Program-made: the position numbers and the translations under genes
Assembly (NCBI GenBank): GCA_001791995.1
Contig: MGFR01000003.1
Coordinates: forward strand, 89,543 to 153,542
Source: Candidatus Woesebacteria bacterium RBG_13_46_13
GTDB taxonomy: Bacteria; Patescibacteriota; Microgenomatia; UBA8517
Length of the DNA: 64,000 nt
Reading direction: 5' to 3'
In this document: one piece after another, positions 20,268-29,175 of the stretch
How positions within the stretch are numbered: position 1 is the stretch's first letter
How the letters are laid out: each line of letters begins with the position of its first letter
The notes under the pieces: generated by a model
What the model saw: the letters and a program-made list of their open reading frames with translations, nothing else
Told to the model about the DNA's origin: nothing
Database searches by the model: none

Positions 20268-20346
20268 TTGTGGGTATTATATGCAGATAATGCCGAAGAT
20301 TCAACCTAATTTGATATTTTTATGGAAAGATGATAACTTATGGGGC

Positions 20347-21429
20347 ATGAAAGAGCTTTCAAGAAGAGATTTTCTAAAGTTTTCTGCCTTAAGTTTGGGT
20401 GCGTTGTCGCTCCCTGACATATCCACCGAAACGGCTGAAACAATTTCGCCACTCGCCGATCTACCTCTTCTTTGGACTCAGGAAACTCCTCTAAAGGTCG
20501 AATATTTGTACAGCTGGGGGGGAAGACGCAATATCCCCGCTGATTGGAGAATGGTTTCGGGTGTACCTCTCGATATATTTACACCAATAAGGCCCGTTCA
20601 CCATAGCAATTTAGAGAACTTTACTTTGGAAACTCATTATCCCTACGCCTGGGTGGCTCCATTACCTCACCTGACTGGTTCTCCCGCCCAATGGGAGGCA
20701 ATTGTAGGCTGGGGAGTCCAAGATTCTATTCTTGTCTATAATGGCCAACTTGTCGGAAAACAAGGCGACTTAATCTCGTCTTATGCTTATGCCGAACAAC
20801 GAGATGTCTACCCCAACAAAATCTGGAACGTTCTTACTGCCCTTATTGGAATTAGTAATTTCGTGAAAAACAATGGGCCTTTGCTTCCGGGAAACAACTA
20901 TTCGATGCTGCAAATGTCAAATCTAATCGAAGACCTTGATGTCAGACACATTTACCGTAATGGTTTTTTGTCTCCTGGTGGGGGAGTCTGTTCGGTGGCA
21001 TCAACTCTCTCCAAGTCGGTTTTTATCGCCTCAGCGAGGGGTTATACGGAGGAGGTAGAAAGAACCCGACACGACCCGATTTACCAATACTGGACTCCCC
21101 CTCTTGAGCCGGGGATAACCAAATGGAATTCCGATGCTACCGTCGCGTATTACAGAAGGAATGCGCAGCCTTTTGACGAAGACAATCTGGACTATATATT
21201 TAAAATAAGGGAGGACTCTTGTCCTTTATATATTTCCGTTCGTGCGCATTTGGCCTTTAACGCCGAGCCGATAGAGGGCGATCTGACTTTTAACACGGAT
21301 GCCAGAATGGCCTTTGCGCTAACTTTGCAGAAAAACAGACCGGCGCTGGATGAACCCTCCGTTTTAGCCAACTTAAGAGAAAGCTATGCAAATTTTCACC
21401 ACTTTGAAGAAGAGATAATTATTCCGTAA
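20347..21429 (+). CDS. Tat-signal VanW-like domain protein
   Basis: ATG at 20347 gives MKELSRRDFLKFSALSLGALS. The track ORF starts further upstream at an alternative codon. VanW-like core GGGVCSVASTLSKSVF. Paralogous to 23741-25528. Confidence 0.6.
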   Translation: MKELSRRDFLKFSALSLGALSLPDISTETAETISPLADLPLLWTQETPLKVEYLYSWGGRRNIPADWRMVSGVPLDIFTPIRPVHHSNLENFTLETHYPYAWVAPLPHLTGSPAQWEAIVGWGVQDSILVYNGQLVGKQGDLISSYAYAEQRDVYPNKIWNVLTALIGISNFVKNNGPLLPGNNYSMLQMSNLIEDLDVRHIYRNGFLSPGGGVCSVASTLSKSVFIASARGYTEEVERTRHDPIYQYWTPPLEPGITKWNSDATVAYYRRNAQPFDEDNLDYIFKIREDSCPLYISVRAHLAFNAEPIEGDLTFNTDARMAFALTLQKNRPALDEPSVLANLRESYANFHHFEEEIIIP

Positions 21430-22651
21430 CTCCACAAACTTCGCTTTCGGCCTCAAACCCTGTTCCTGAAATATTTCCGGTAATAAAATCCCGAACTTCG
21501 GCTCTTGAAGCAAACCAATAATCGCTGACTAAATCCTCTGCCAAAGGATCGCCCCCGGGAGGCCTTCTTCTGGTCGTGTCCGGGGCAAACCAGTTATTCT
21601 CGGTCGTAAATTCATATCTGGCGGCAAAGGAAGGCATACCGAAACCCGAAGCCTCTCCTCCCGTACCGTTGGTAGCCAACTGTCTGACAAGTTGTCCGAA
21701 AATATCGATAAAGACTCCCGAATCGAAGTTGGTTTGAATGTTTTCCGCAGATTGTTCCCTTTGGAAAAAAAGGAGTCCTTTTCCTAAAAATCCGGCGGCC
21801 GCTAAAGCTCCCTGTGCAAATTCCTGCCTGGCTCGTCTCAACATGGCTTTGAGTACATATTGCTGCACTATATCTCTGTGTACATAGTTTGCATAATACC
21901 TGGCCCTGGATAATCTTAAAAGCTCTTCACCGTTGAGTGTTTGTAGTCCGGCTCTGAAATAGCCCATGTTTAAATCGTCGATTTCCCAGGGGACACAAAC
22001 CTCAAGTTGGTTATCATATAGATTCTCAACTGCCCTGATCAAAAACTCCATATCCACCAGGACCACAAAATCACAAGATAGACCGGTTGCGTCCTCGAGG
22101 ACTTTTTCCATTAGAGGCATTCCTCCGTTGATGTGTGCCTGGTTTGCCATGTATACCCGGTTGTTTCCTAAATATCTTGATACTTCAGGTACAGAAACCC
22201 CTCGGGGAACAGCCACGATTCTTATCTCATTCGTCTCTATGTCTAAGGACATCATCTGCATACTGTCGGTCAGTACTCTCTCACTACCTTTGCCCAAAAT
22301 TATAAAATTTATTCGGCCTTCATTGAGTTCTCTGTCGACCCGCTGCCAGTAGTCTGGATCAGCTTCGGCCTTTTCTTCTCTTCTGCGGTCGGCCACTTCG
22401 TACAAAGCCGGGTAAACATATTTCTCAAAATAACTTCTCGTATCCGGTGTTGCTGAAGGTTCAACCGTCGGCACCTCTTGAGTTGGCGGCAAAGGGGAAA
22501 AGGGGGAGGGGCTGGGCTCGAGAGTGGGTAACGGCGATACATCTCTTTGGGGATAATTACAGGCAGCCAGCAAGGCTGATGCCGAGATAAGTCCGGTTGC
22601 TCTGATAAAGTCTCTTCTGGAAAGACTTGTTGGTTTTTCTATTTTTGTCAT
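21419..22651 (-). CDS. Tat-signal LytR-CpsA-Psr (LCP) family protein
   Basis: SRRDFIRATGLISASALLAAC Tat/lipobox-like N-terminus. LCP core (RINFIILGKGS...DSMQMMSLDIETNEIRIVAVPRGVSVPE). Confidence 0.6.
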   Translation of the reverse strand: MTKIEKPTSLSRRDFIRATGLISASALLAACNYPQRDVSPLPTLEPSPSPFSPLPPTQEVPTVEPSATPDTRSYFEKYVYPALYEVADRRREEKAEADPDYWQRVDRELNEGRINFIILGKGSERVLTDSMQMMSLDIETNEIRIVAVPRGVSVPEVSRYLGNNRVYMANQAHINGGMPLMEKVLEDATGLSCDFVVLVDMEFLIRAVENLYDNQLEVCVPWEIDDLNMGYFRAGLQTLNGEELLRLSRARYYANYVHRDIVQQYVLKAMLRRARQEFAQGALAAAGFLGKGLLFFQREQSAENIQTNFDSGVFIDIFGQLVRQLATNGTGGEASGFGMPSFAARYEFTTENNWFAPDTTRRRPPGGDPLAEDLVSDYWFASRAEVRDFITGNISGTGFEAESEVCGVTE

Positions 22652-22668
22652 GGCTGCCGATTATACAA

Positions 22669-23748
22669 CTAACGATTTATCCTTTCCAAACGGTCGTTTC
22701 TGGTGGAAGGAAGGCTTGCTACTAATTCGTCAAAACCGACCCACCGATTCCAGTCTTCATATATTCCATACCTGTCTACAAGTCTTAGGTATCTTTCCAG
22801 CCTTGAAAAGTAAACCATGGGCTCCTCTCTGCCAAATACCAGCCTATTTTCAATCTTTCCCTTCAGAGCAGCCACGCCCAAAAGGAATCTTAAGGTTGCC
22901 ATATGATAATCACCAGGATCGGATTTTTGTTGAATCTCGTGGTGTCCCACAACATCCCAGGGCGTTAATCCAAACTGTCGCATCGCGGCAATACATAAAG
23001 AGAGGGTGTGGGCAAACTGCAGTCGAGGGGGTTCAATGTCCGAAGGGAATCTTTCCTCGAACCGGGTGCCTATTTGTTCATAACCTACCGCATATGAATT
23101 AAAATCGGTTATTCCCGCCTCAACAACTCCCTTCAGTTTTGAGGTAATTCCGAGGCTATCGAATCTTTCTACCGTTCTTGCTCTGCTGGGATCCAATTCG
23201 GGATGAATAGGGCTTATGTATACATGCAGTCCCCTGTCCGGAAGAAGGGGATTACCGCTGGCTGTCTGGGTCTGCAGAATTCCGTAACCTCCAATCCCCG
23301 AATCGTTTCTGGCAATCGGGGAATTATCCACACACCACTGGACGGTGGGACCCAAACCGTTTCCGTCCGGGTCATTGCCGTTTAAGCCCCAAACAGTATT
23401 TAGGGCCGTTCTTTCAGCACCGCTGAGTCGATAACGTTCTCCTCCGTCGTAATGAACTACTAGAAGCCTAACCTCCTGCATCGGATTTCTTTCCACTTCG
23501 TTTCTGTAGGTAGGAATTAAGCTGATTCCGGAGTCTTCTCCGTTTTTTCCCGTTTTTAACTTTATCAAGTTCCCCTCAGCGTCGAAACCCAGAGGGGTCG
23601 TTTTTGAAAGGATATCTGAAATTCTTTCGTTAGTTTCAATCGCGTTTTCCGGGATAAACCTTAACTTATCCATAAGTATGGCGGCACCCAAAAATTGCGT
23701 ACCTACTTTTAGAAAATCCCTTCTTGATAGAGTTCTCTCTTTAGACAT
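22669..23748 (-). CDS. Tat-signal N-acetylmuramoyl-L-alanine amidase (Amidase_2/PGRP-like)
   Basis: MSKERTLSRRDFLKVGTQFLGAAILM. Amidase_2-like motifs (LLVVHYDGG ; YAVGYEQIG ; VVGHHEIQQKSDPGD). Confidence 0.5.
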   Translation of the reverse strand: MSKERTLSRRDFLKVGTQFLGAAILMDKLRFIPENAIETNERISDILSKTTPLGFDAEGNLIKLKTGKNGEDSGISLIPTYRNEVERNPMQEVRLLVVHYDGGERYRLSGAERTALNTVWGLNGNDPDGNGLGPTVQWCVDNSPIARNDSGIGGYGILQTQTASGNPLLPDRGLHVYISPIHPELDPSRARTVERFDSLGITSKLKGVVEAGITDFNSYAVGYEQIGTRFEERFPSDIEPPRLQFAHTLSLCIAAMRQFGLTPWDVVGHHEIQQKSDPGDYHMATLRFLLGVAALKGKIENRLVFGREEPMVYFSRLERYLRLVDRYGIYEDWNRWVGFDELVASLPSTRNDRLERINR

Positions 23749-25528
23749 TTGCCCTCCTCATACCAACCCAGTTAATTGGAGGTCTACCGAAAATTGCGTA
23801 CTTATTAGTTTCGTCCACCTTAAAAAGTCTTACTTTGCCGTCAAAGCCTCGATTCGCATCCGAAACCAATAATGCCGTTTTTCCGTCTATCGTTTTTTTT
23901 GCAACAATAGCACCCACATGCCCGGCTCCCTGATCGTAGGGAACATTCTGTGTCACAAAAAGATCTCCGGGCTCGAAGTCCTCAAGTCTTTCTGTTGAAA
24001 CATAGGTGGTCCACCCACGTAGCACTCTCGGCCCGCCGCCTCCTCTTAACTCCTCGGGTACCAAATCCCTTGCGTAATTAATATCAAAACCGCTGATGTT
24101 TAAAGGCGAGTTGGCTCTTCCGAGAGATGAAAGAAAAATAACCCAAGCTACACATTGGGTTACCTGAGTTGGAAACCTCCAGTTTTGTTGATCAATATTG
24201 TCTAAACCGCAATTAAGACTCTCTTTCGTGCTAGCGTCTAGATTTTCGTACCACTCACTTTCCTTAATGTAGCTCCCTAAGGTTTTTTCGTGTCTCTCCC
24301 AATACTCTTCGTAGGGATACTCTCTAATATATCTTTCCACCAGTACCTGCACCGCCAAGATATCTCTGGTTAAGCTGTCATTGGCAAGTTCCTCCTCAAA
24401 GCCGCTTCGGTCTTCTTCGTTTCTTACTGATCGGTACAAATCTCTGTAGAAAATTCCCTCTCCCGGAGCGTATGATTCCATGAGCATTCCTTCCTGAACT
24501 TCGCTCGCCGGCGCGATTCCCCTGAGGTTGTAGTCGTCGTATGCTTCTTTTATCCTTTCTATTTTCGATAGTTGTTCTGCCAAATTTGGTCTTTCCCTTT
24601 GCAAACTGAGGGTAAGAAGTAGCCTTGAGTTGTTTCCAGTTAACCCGTCTGTCTGTCGTGGCCCCCTGATCGCCATAGCGGCATCGATAGAAATATAAAA
24701 ATCTTGTGAAGGGGTCCATCTAAAATCAGACTCTATTCCTCCGGTGCTGCTGATGGTGGCGTCGCCTTCTAAGGACACTTCAGGATCGAGGGGCCCGACC
24801 CAATAGGTGCTCCAATAAGAATGAGCCTGCCTTTCGTCTACCCTCGTCTCGGTTAACGAAAGAGCGTGTGAAAGTGTGGTCGCGAAGCCACATACTCCTG
24901 CTCCTCTGATCTGTACTCCGTTTATTTCTCCATAACGATACGCACGGTCGCCTCTGATGTCTAAGATACTAAGGGTCGAATATGACGTTCCACTTCTGAA
25001 TATCCCCTGTCTGAGTTGGTGCCGCAAAAACTGGGCCGCGCTTTCAAGGAGATTGTGTTGCTTGTTAGGGTAATACTCCCCAATCATTGAAAAATCGGCA
25101 ATGTCGGGTTCCCGCAGCTTATCTATAAACGATAAACCCGTTGCCTCTTCCGCCAGAATCGCTAAAGGCAAAGTCTTAACCCCCGTTGTGTGGTGCAGCG
25201 GTGCAACTTTGATTCTGCCCCCGTCAGGGGTTCTTAAGGTAAATATTTTTGAAAATGAAGCATCCACCCCACCTAAACTCCAAACTTCAATAGGTTTGGT
25301 TGAACTCAAAAAATAATCGTCACGAAGAGGAAAACAAACGACAGGGGTCTCTTCCAATCTAATTATCCCCGGCCTTTCCTCTATCCCCAACACCTCAAGG
25401 CTGTCATGACCAAGAAGGTTCTTGCCTCTCTCCCTCTGCATTTCTTGGGGATGCGTAATTAGCGCTCCGGCACCAACGCCCATTAGCTTTAAGAAATCTC
25501 TCCTGGAAAGTTTTTCACAACCGCTCAT
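23741..25528 (-). CDS. Tat-signal VanW-like domain protein with a C-terminal CHAP/NlpC-like cysteine peptidase domain
   Basis: MSGCEKLSRRDFLKLMGVGAGALITHP. VanW-like GAGVCGFATTLSHAL aligned with the 20347 paralog. C-terminal TQCVAWVIF ... GAGHVGAIVAKK (Cys/His of CHAP). Confidence 0.55.
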   Translation of the reverse strand: MSGCEKLSRRDFLKLMGVGAGALITHPQEMQRERGKNLLGHDSLEVLGIEERPGIIRLEETPVVCFPLRDDYFLSSTKPIEVWSLGGVDASFSKIFTLRTPDGGRIKVAPLHHTTGVKTLPLAILAEEATGLSFIDKLREPDIADFSMIGEYYPNKQHNLLESAAQFLRHQLRQGIFRSGTSYSTLSILDIRGDRAYRYGEINGVQIRGAGVCGFATTLSHALSLTETRVDERQAHSYWSTYWVGPLDPEVSLEGDATISSTGGIESDFRWTPSQDFYISIDAAMAIRGPRQTDGLTGNNSRLLLTLSLQRERPNLAEQLSKIERIKEAYDDYNLRGIAPASEVQEGMLMESYAPGEGIFYRDLYRSVRNEEDRSGFEEELANDSLTRDILAVQVLVERYIREYPYEEYWERHEKTLGSYIKESEWYENLDASTKESLNCGLDNIDQQNWRFPTQVTQCVAWVIFLSSLGRANSPLNISGFDINYARDLVPEELRGGGGPRVLRGWTTYVSTERLEDFEPGDLFVTQNVPYDQGAGHVGAIVAKKTIDGKTALLVSDANRGFDGKVRLFKVDETNKYAIFGRPPINWVGMRRANV

Positions 25529-26469
25529 CTTGCCTCCTCCTCGATGTTTCTTAAAAGATCCTGCCTAAAGGAATCCCAGTTGAAATAGCCTTCTCCCCGG
25601 ACATAAGGGTAGTAGGTTCCTATCAAAGGCTCTCCTGCTCTGGCCGTTCGGCCGTAGGCTCCGAAAAGCATCCTAAAATGGCTAAGCAAGGCATCCTCAT
25701 GAGCGGCTTCGTCATAAGGAAAGGCAAAAAAGTTTACCGGTCTGCCCAGAATTTGGCTTATCTCCTCCTGAGCCGTCACGGCATCGCGGACGGCATCGCT
25801 TTCGGAAATTTGGGGATAGTGGGGGTGGGCCATCCCGTGAGAACCCGGAATAAGAGTCCCATCTTCGAAGTACCCTTTAATAATATCCCAGCCAAGCTGG
25901 GTCGCCGAAGCAGTCTCGGGAATACTGGTTGGCCTGATAAAAAGAATGGACTTAAGACCATATTGCTTTAAAAGACAAAAACCATCTTCGTAATCAAAAT
26001 ACGGCATCCCCAAATCGATTCTGACAATTACGCTTCTTGCGGGAAGTCCGTGTTTGCCTTCCAGCCAACCCAAGAGGTCTTCTTCGCTCGGAGTGTAAAA
26101 ACCCATCTCTTGGATAATTCTCAATTGCTCCTCATAAACCTGCGGAGTCATATAGTATTCTCCATGGTCCGAACCGCTTACCCCGAAATTGGGATTGTGC
26201 TGTTCCAAAACCGGTATCTGCTGTTCAGGGTTGAAAGGAATCGCTTCTACTCCCGATAAAGCCTCAACTGTTGCCTCAGGAGTGGTAGTCGGAGCAATAG
26301 TGGGTTCCGGGGAGGGAGAAGGAGTGTCAGATGGAGCTAAACGAGTCGCTGTAGGTTCAGCTGTTGGGTCTAAGGTGGCACCGTTTCTCCTGCAAGAGGT
26401 TAAAAACCCAGCCAAAAAAAGGGCCCCCACCTTGAGAAATTCCTGTCTTGATAGTCTTTCTTTACCCAT
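25525..26469 (-). CDS. Tat-like lipoprotein, polysaccharide-deacetylase-like
   Basis: MGKERLSRQEFLKVGALFLAGFLTSC (RR replaced by RQ, plus a lipobox-like C). Pro/Thr-rich linker. C-terminal deacetylase-like region (HGMAHPHY ; FFAFPYDEAAHED). Confidence 0.45.
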   Translation of the reverse strand: MGKERLSRQEFLKVGALFLAGFLTSCRRNGATLDPTAEPTATRLAPSDTPSPSPEPTIAPTTTPEATVEALSGVEAIPFNPEQQIPVLEQHNPNFGVSGSDHGEYYMTPQVYEEQLRIIQEMGFYTPSEEDLLGWLEGKHGLPARSVIVRIDLGMPYFDYEDGFCLLKQYGLKSILFIRPTSIPETASATQLGWDIIKGYFEDGTLIPGSHGMAHPHYPQISESDAVRDAVTAQEEISQILGRPVNFFAFPYDEAAHEDALLSHFRMLFGAYGRTARAGEPLIGTYYPYVRGEGYFNWDSFRQDLLRNIEEEAR

Positions 26470-26563
26470 TTAGCGGGCAGGTGCCTAATTTATCATACTA
26501 TAGTGTAATATTCAACCTATAAGGTAGTTTCCGGTATTTTTGCTGTTTGGGGAAGAAGAGAGC

Positions 26564-27211
26564 TTAGAATTTAAGCAGGTAGAGGATCTTTGCTTTAGTC
26601 TTAAGTTCCGTTATCCAGCTACTATAGGCATCCGACAGTTTTTGCTGGTAGAGCTGCTCTTTGACACTGTCTTTGACATCTTCAAGCTTGGCCTTGGCGT
26701 CAAATAGGTCCGTGTTCTTCTCAAAATAGGTCTTTATCTCCTCATCCGTAATGCTTATTTTGGAGCTCAAAAGAGCCTCGACCGTCTTTTGCAGGCGTAT
26801 CTGCTCGATTAAGCTGGCACGGGTTTCGCCCCTCATGGAAAGAGCCTCATCCAAAGTCAAGTTCTGGTCTTTGAGAAGAGTCTCAATTCTCTCTATTTCG
26901 GTATCAACAGCACTCTTCTCTACCGTGACCTTCTGCTTCCTGGCTTCCTGAAAAATCAGAGATTTCTCGATTAGGCTGTCGAGAACCTTTTGCCCACCTT
27001 GCACCTCCAGCTCTTTAATCAGGGAGAGCCTGGATACCGGCATTCCGTTGACAAAAGCGGCCACCAGCAGTGATTTACCCAGAAATAGAACCAGAAGAAC
27101 CGCAGTCGTTACCAAACCAATCTTAAACCATTTACCTCTGTAGGCTCTGGAGACAAATTTTTTGCTTGCCAGGAACCCCGCTTTGATGGTCTTTTTGTTG
27201 ATGGCCTTCAT
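26564..27211 (-). CDS. Membrane-anchored SurA-N/PpiD-like chaperone-domain protein (no PPIase domain seen)
   Basis: Single N-terminal TM segment, then a helical region resembling the SurA N-terminal domain. 215 aa. Confidence 0.35.
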   Translation of the reverse strand: MKAINKKTIKAGFLASKKFVSRAYRGKWFKIGLVTTAVLLVLFLGKSLLVAAFVNGMPVSRLSLIKELEVQGGQKVLDSLIEKSLIFQEARKQKVTVEKSAVDTEIERIETLLKDQNLTLDEALSMRGETRASLIEQIRLQKTVEALLSSKISITDEEIKTYFEKNTDLFDAKAKLEDVKDSVKEQLYQQKLSDAYSSWITELKTKAKILYLLKF

Positions 27212-27216
27212 GGAAA

Positions 27217-28170
27217 TTATTTTAACACAAAAAGAATCACATTGGGCAAGCCTCTTCCCGGTCCGACCTTATAGCCTCCCCACCAAAGGGCGGTTGAGCC
27301 ACCGTTGTCGAGGTTTAGGGCGTTATCCATACCCAATGCCTTAAGAACTCTGGCACTCTCGGCGACTGTGGCGTTATGGACTACACCGATATAAACCAGA
27401 TTGCCTTTGTTGGCCACAAAACTCCTGGCTCCCTTACTGCCCATCTTGGGGTCGGAATTGCCTCCGAAGGAAACATTACCCCCGGATACCAAAAGAGGGT
27501 AATTCGACAAAACTCCGTTGGGGCCGGTGTCTCTGCCCCATTCCTGGATGGCTCCGACGAACCTGACATAGCCATCGCCAAAGATAACGCCGGGGTTTGT
27601 ACTGTAAACGTTTTTATCGCTATTGATATAGGTCTTATTCTTATTCATTACCAAAAAATCGAAGGTGTTTTCCTTGCCGGCACAGGAGGCATAATCCCTG
27701 GGACAAAAATAGGTCCCGTTAATTCCAGCATAGGCATTATTTCTGGCAGCATATTCGCCCAAGGAAAGTACGGGACAGTTGGAGGAACAATCCGAAGCCG
27801 AAGCGGTATCCACAATTACCCGAGTCGAGGCAATATCTGCCGATCCCAGACTAACTGTAAAAACCCCGACGTCTGTCGTCACGCTGACTTTGCCGTAACC
27901 GGAGACGGGGGGGGTTGTTGCCAATGCCGCGGTCGGGGCCGGAGTGGCAGTTGCGGTTGGTGTAACGGTCGGCGTTGCCGTCGGTACTGCTGTTGCTGTC
28001 GGTGTCGAAGAGATTTCTACCGAGGCTGTCGGGGAAGGAATGGGGGCTTCGCTATTTTCGGAAACTGTTTTTACGGGAACTTTCAGAAAGATAACTCCCA
28101 CCGACAAGGCAAAGGCCAATATTAAAAGTGGGATAGGGATAAATCCTAAGGGGGGCAGAGGCTTTTTCAT
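27217..28170 (-). CDS. Secreted protein with a T/P/A-rich linker and a phosphodiester-glycosidase-like (DUF2233/NAGPA-like) C-terminal domain
   Basis: Signal peptide, TPTATAVPTATPTVTPTATATPAPTA linker, C-terminal LDNGGSTALWWGG motif. Confidence 0.4.
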   Translation of the reverse strand: MKKPLPPLGFIPIPLLILAFALSVGVIFLKVPVKTVSENSEAPIPSPTASVEISSTPTATAVPTATPTVTPTATATPAPTAALATTPPVSGYGKVSVTTDVGVFTVSLGSADIASTRVIVDTASASDCSSNCPVLSLGEYAARNNAYAGINGTYFCPRDYASCAGKENTFDFLVMNKNKTYINSDKNVYSTNPGVIFGDGYVRFVGAIQEWGRDTGPNGVLSNYPLLVSGGNVSFGGNSDPKMGSKGARSFVANKGNLVYIGVVHNATVAESARVLKALGMDNALNLDNGGSTALWWGGYKVGPGRGLPNVILFVLK

Positions 28171-28183
28171 CTTAGTCAGTATA

Positions 28184-28747
28184 TTATATCTTTTTAAATT
28201 CGTCGCCGTGCCCCGGATATATCAGAACATTACCTAACCTTGTAATCTTAGCGATGCTTTTATCCAGTTCATCTTTTTCAGAATAATAAAAATCGGTCCT
28301 TCCCAAAGCTCCACCGGCAAAAATTAAGTCCCCTGAAAATAGCAGCTTTTCTTTTGCAGAATAAAAGCAAAGCCCTCCTGGAGTGTGTCCAGGACATTCA
28401 ATGACCGATAAAGAAGCCTTTCCTATTCCTATTTTGTCTTTTCTTTTAAGATCCTTTGTAATAACAGGGGCTGGGGAGAGCTTGTTTAACAAAAACTCGT
28501 CCTTTGCGCTCATCCATAAAGGAATCTTATAAGCCAACATCAACTCATAAGCGGAGCCAAGGTGGTCAAAGTGTCCGTGGGTTACCAGAACTTTCATGGG
28601 GGTTAAACTTAAATCAGCGATAACTCTTTCGATATAATCGGCATCTTCCCCGGGATCAATAATAACCGCTTCTTTGCTGAGCTGGTCATAGACCAGATAG
28701 CAATTTTCTGCCATTTCGCCCACGACCAATTTTTTGACATTTAACAT
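28184..28747 (-). CDS. MBL-fold metallo-hydrolase (glyoxalase II-like)
   Basis: VTHGHFDHLGS motif (HxHxDH), downstream His/Asp ligands. Confidence 0.75.
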   Translation of the reverse strand: MLNVKKLVVGEMAENCYLVYDQLSKEAVIIDPGEDADYIERVIADLSLTPMKVLVTHGHFDHLGSAYELMLAYKIPLWMSAKDEFLLNKLSPAPVITKDLKRKDKIGIGKASLSVIECPGHTPGGLCFYSAKEKLLFSGDLIFAGGALGRTDFYYSEKDELDKSIAKITRLGNVLIYPGHGDEFKKI

Positions 28748-28776
28748 CTTAGTCAGGATATTCGGCGCCGAGAGGC

Positions 28777-29142
28777 TTATTTGGAACGCTTCCCGGACGA
28801 GGTTTTTCTGTGGGTACGCGAGTAAATCTTTTCGATTTCCCTCGGGGCTTTCTTGCGGACATAATACAGCTTAGCTCTTTTAACCCCTGCTAGCCCTTTT
28901 TTAACGATACTGATTTTTTCTATAGTAGGAGAATCCAGGGGGAAAATCCTCTCGATACCTATTGCCCCTGCCCCTATCTTTCTGACAGTGAACATCTTGT
29001 TGGCTTCTCTGCCTTTGATGGCAATTAAAATCCCTTCAAAGATTTGGGTTCTTTCCTTATCTCCCTCTTTTATTTTTTGGGAAACACGAATTAGGTCGCC
29101 GACTCCGACTTCGATATCTTTATGTATAAATTTGATTGCCAT
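28777..29142 (-). CDS. rplS: Ribosomal protein L19
   Basis: Conserved L19 sequence ([30 protein letters not shown]). A -10-like TAAAAT sits 9 nt before the ATG, suggesting a leaderless or short leader. Confidence 0.9.
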   Translation of the reverse strand: MAIKFIHKDIEVGVGDLIRVSQKIKEGDKERTQIFEGILIAIKGREANKMFTVRKIGAGAIGIERIFPLDSPTIEKISIVKKGLAGVKRAKLYYVRKKAPREIEKIYSRTHRKTSSGKRSK

Positions 29143-29175
29143 AAGTGCCTATTTTACAGGAGCGAAGCTGTTTCT

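Noticed and set aside
27376-28125. 249-aa plus-strand ORF inside the phosphodiester-glycosidase-like gene
   Set aside because: Antisense shadow of the T/P/A-rich linker region. The translation is a Cys/Arg/Gly low-complexity string (CCCCRCRRDFYRGCRGRNGG).
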